Source of the DNA: the human T2T-CHM13v2.0 reference genome, Homo sapiens | Reading direction: 5' to 3' (one strand) | Length of the DNA: 64,000 nucleotides | Assembly (NCBI RefSeq): GCF_009914755.1 | Contig: NC_060936.1 | Shown: piece by piece, positions 60,056-64,000 of the stretch | How positions within the stretch are numbered: the stretch's first letter is position 1 | Layout of the letters: each line of letters starts with the position of its first letter | Notes under the pieces: model-generated | Seen by the model: the letters and a program-made list of their open reading frames with translations, nothing else | Database searches by the model: none | What the model was told of the DNA's origin: nothing | Program-made: the position numbers and the translations under genes

Positions 60056-60825
60056 TAATAATAATCCAATTTGATATGCAGCAATACTGCTAGGTGTCCC
60101 ATGTCCTGCAAACAGGGGCAAATGGGGGAAGAGTTCACATTCAGACCTGCTGGAAACACATTATGGGGAGAACTCACAGGGACAGCAATGGTAGCAGGTA
60201 GTGTGGGATTCTCTTGCTCATCAATTAGCAAATTGAAAAGACCGGATATCAGACTCCAGAAGAGAGACTCCCAACTCTTGGGTGGGAGGCTTTTACATTA
60301 CACGATTAATATTGAACCCTCTGCTTACCTGATCAGGGACCAGGAAAAAAATAGCAATATGGAATAGAAGAACTGGGACTCTAAAGTGATCAGAAGCTGG
60401 GGCACAAGCCTCGCAAGTGTCCTGTATAATGTAGCAGAGTAGCAGCAGGGTTCACTACCTCTATGTTCACGGGTGGGGATGCACTCACCTCTCCCTGGAA
60501 TAATGAGAACTGGGGTCTAAACCTTGGGAGATCAGTCTTGGACAATGATCCCGTTCCCAACTTTGTCCACACTGATAAAGACCCTGATTTTTGGCGGATC
60601 ATTTGGCTATGCAAGATAGAGACTTCATTTCTTGGGTTTTCAATGGTGTTTCTAAGAGCCCATTCCAGAGAAGCTAAGCCTCCCAATAGACTGGCCAAAT
60701 GAGGTTTCTGCAAACTTATAGGCCAGTTCCTGAACAGGGCAAACTTTTCAAGATTGTGGCAACTTATATAATCCCTTTGAATAATCACCTCACCTCTCCT
60801 TCCACTTCTTCAATCTTGCCTCATG

Positions 60826-61215
<390 letters not shown>

Positions 61216-61399
61216 TGATTAAGAGCGTATGATATTTCAGTACAATCCATAAGTTCACAGAAAAAAGAAAAGAGTGTACGATAGCCTGTTGTGCTAGCTC
61301 TCATTAGCCAATAACATATGGTATATGAAGAACATGGGGGCAAAATATATATTCAGTGTCCTGTACAACTATGTGTGTCCTGCACAACTATGACTAAAA

Positions 61400-61632
61400 G
61401 ACTATTCTGGAGTCATGCTGTCCTTGAGTGTAATTACTGGCTATACCACTTAGCAGCTGTGTGACAATGAGAAAGTTATTTGGTTTCTCTAAGCCTCAGT
61501 TTCCTCATCTGTAAAACAGGAAAAAGAATGGCATGGTCTCATTAGGTTGTTCTCATGATTAGACCAATATAATGTATCTAATGCTCTGAGAACAGTGCCT
61601 GGCATACAGTTGGTGCTACTAGCTATTATTCT
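61400..61632 (+). mobile_element. MIR SINE
   Basis: ctaagcctcagtttcctcatctgtaaaa...gaacagtgcctggcataca. Confidence 0.88.
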
Positions 61633-62544
61633 TTTGTGAGTTGAGACAATCCCTATAAAACACTTAGCATTCTGCCTGGCTCAATGTGTACGAACATTAG
61701 ATGTTGGCCATTACCACAATTATTAGCCATTCACTTAACAAACCCTTCTCCTTGTTCAGCCAGCAAGGCTGGCAGCCACAGGCAGTGGGCTCTTGCTGCG
61801 GCGGCCCTGCTGGTAAAGAGGGCTTCCACTGTTATCTAGCCGTCCTCCCTGAGAAGGTTGCCCTTGCTACTGCCCAACTCTGATAAGGAAGGGGAATGAT
61901 TTCCAACGAAGACCTTCTAGAAACTCAAATGAGAAGCATCCCTCTCCACTTTCTTTCCCTAGTCTTCAAGAAACAGACACAAGGAAGGGCCAGGAAAGCT
62001 TGTCTGAAAGGCTCTGAACAGGCTGAGATCGCACAGCACAGTCCTCATAGGCACCTCAATGAACCATAAAACTTGCATTATTAAAATAGGCTTTCTTTTG
62101 AGAGCAGTTTTAGGATCACAGAGAAATTAAATGGAAAGTTTTCATAATCCCTCTGCCTCCACACATGCACAACTTCCCCACTGTCAACATCCCCCACCAA
62201 AGTGGCACGTTTGTTATAATGGATGAACCTACATGACGCGGTATCACTCAAAGTCTATAGTTTACATTGGAGTTCACTCTACGTGTGCTTTCTATCGGTT
62301 TTTAACAAATATATGACATGTATCCGCCTTTACAGTATCATACTGAGTTGTTTCACTGCCCAAGAAATCCTCTATACTCTGTCTATTCATTCCTCCTTCC
62401 CACCTAACCTCTAGCAACCACTAATCGTTGACTGTTCACGTTTCCATGGAATCACACAATATCTAGCCTCTTCAGATTGGCATCTTTCACTTAGTAATAT
62501 GCATCTAAGTCTTTTCTATGTCTTTTCATGACTTGGTAATTCAT

Positions 62545-62889
<345 letters not shown>

Positions 62890-63384
62890 TAGTTCATTGT
62901 CTGGATATACCACAGTTTATTTATTCATTCACCTACTGAAGGACATATTGGTTGCTTCCAAATTTTGGCAATTATGAATAAAGCTGCTATAAACACCCAT
63001 CTGCAGGTTTTTGTATGGACATAAGTTTTCAATTCCATTAAGTAAGTCAAGGAGTGTGATAGCTGGATCATATGAATCATATGCTAAGAGGATATTTAGT
63101 TAGGTAAGAACTGCCAAACTCTTCTAAAGTGACTGTACTATTTTGCGTTCCCACTAGCAATGCATGAGAGTTGCTGTTGTTCCCCTTCTCACCAGTATTT
63201 GATGTTGTCAGTGTTTTAGATTCTGTCTATTCTAATAGGTGTGTAGTGGTATGTCATTATTACTCTAATTTGGAATCCCCTAATTACATAGGATGTTAAG
63301 CATATGATTATTTGCCATCTGTATATCTTCTTTGGCATGGCATCTGTTCAGGTCTTTTGCCTATTTCTTTATTGCATTGTTTTC

Positions 63385-63746
<362 letters not shown>

Positions 63747-63807
63747 TAATTTTAAGAATTCTTTGTATATTTTGGATAGCAGTCCTTTATCAGATATTCA
63801 TTTTTCA

Positions 63808-64000
63808 GGCTGGATATGGTGGCTCACCCTTGTAATCCCAGCACTTTGGGAGGCTGAGGTGGGAGGATTGCTTGAGCCCAGGAGTTCAAGATTAGCCTGG
63901 GCAACAAAGTGAGACACCCCACCCCCCCAAACCCCAGTATCTACAAATAACAAGAAAAATTAGCCAGACGTGATGGCGCATGCCTGTGGTCAGAGCTACT
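63808..64000 (+). mobile_element. AluJ SINE (runs off the window)
   Basis: ggctggatatggtggctcaccc...ggaggattgcttgagcccaggagttc. Confidence 0.92.

Noticed and set aside
60489-60494. Possible 6-nt minus-strand microexon (ttccag|GGAGAG|gtgagt)
   Set aside because: Short pyrimidine tract with several upstream AGs and no nearby UGC enhancer; likely chance.

Overview
Human non-coding genomic DNA, intronic or intergenic. An AluYa5 with all five diagnostic bases at 41233 shows the human origin. I cannot name the locus and found no supportable protein-coding exon, RNA gene or CRISPR array; the supplied ORFs look like repeat read-throughs or chance frames. Much of the window is interspersed repeat: about 28 Alu/FLAM/FAM copies, L1PA/L1M fragments, many MIR and L2 relics, THE1/MLT1/ERV1 LTRs, and hAT/Tigger MER elements. 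Repeat-free blocks with enhancer-like motif clusters lie between them. Four local paired duplications are not explained by repeat annotation. (1) A ~640-bp inverted duplication (45551-46194 / 50244-50894) has flanks that fit an ancient ~4-kb inversion made by staggered breaks, and a 52-bp perfectly matched core. (2) A ~240-bp inverted copy of unique DNA sits inside a (TA)n tract (36001-36234 / 37038-37277). (3) A ~220-bp direct duplication (12.8 / 14.9 kb). (4) A ~90-bp templated insertion (18.75 / 21.56 kb). There are also two clear twin-primed (5'-inverted) L1s plus one probable one, and a three-level transposon nest. Repeat subfamily names and percent identities are by-eye estimates, and coordinates of old repeats are approximate. 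No new biological system is demonstrated.
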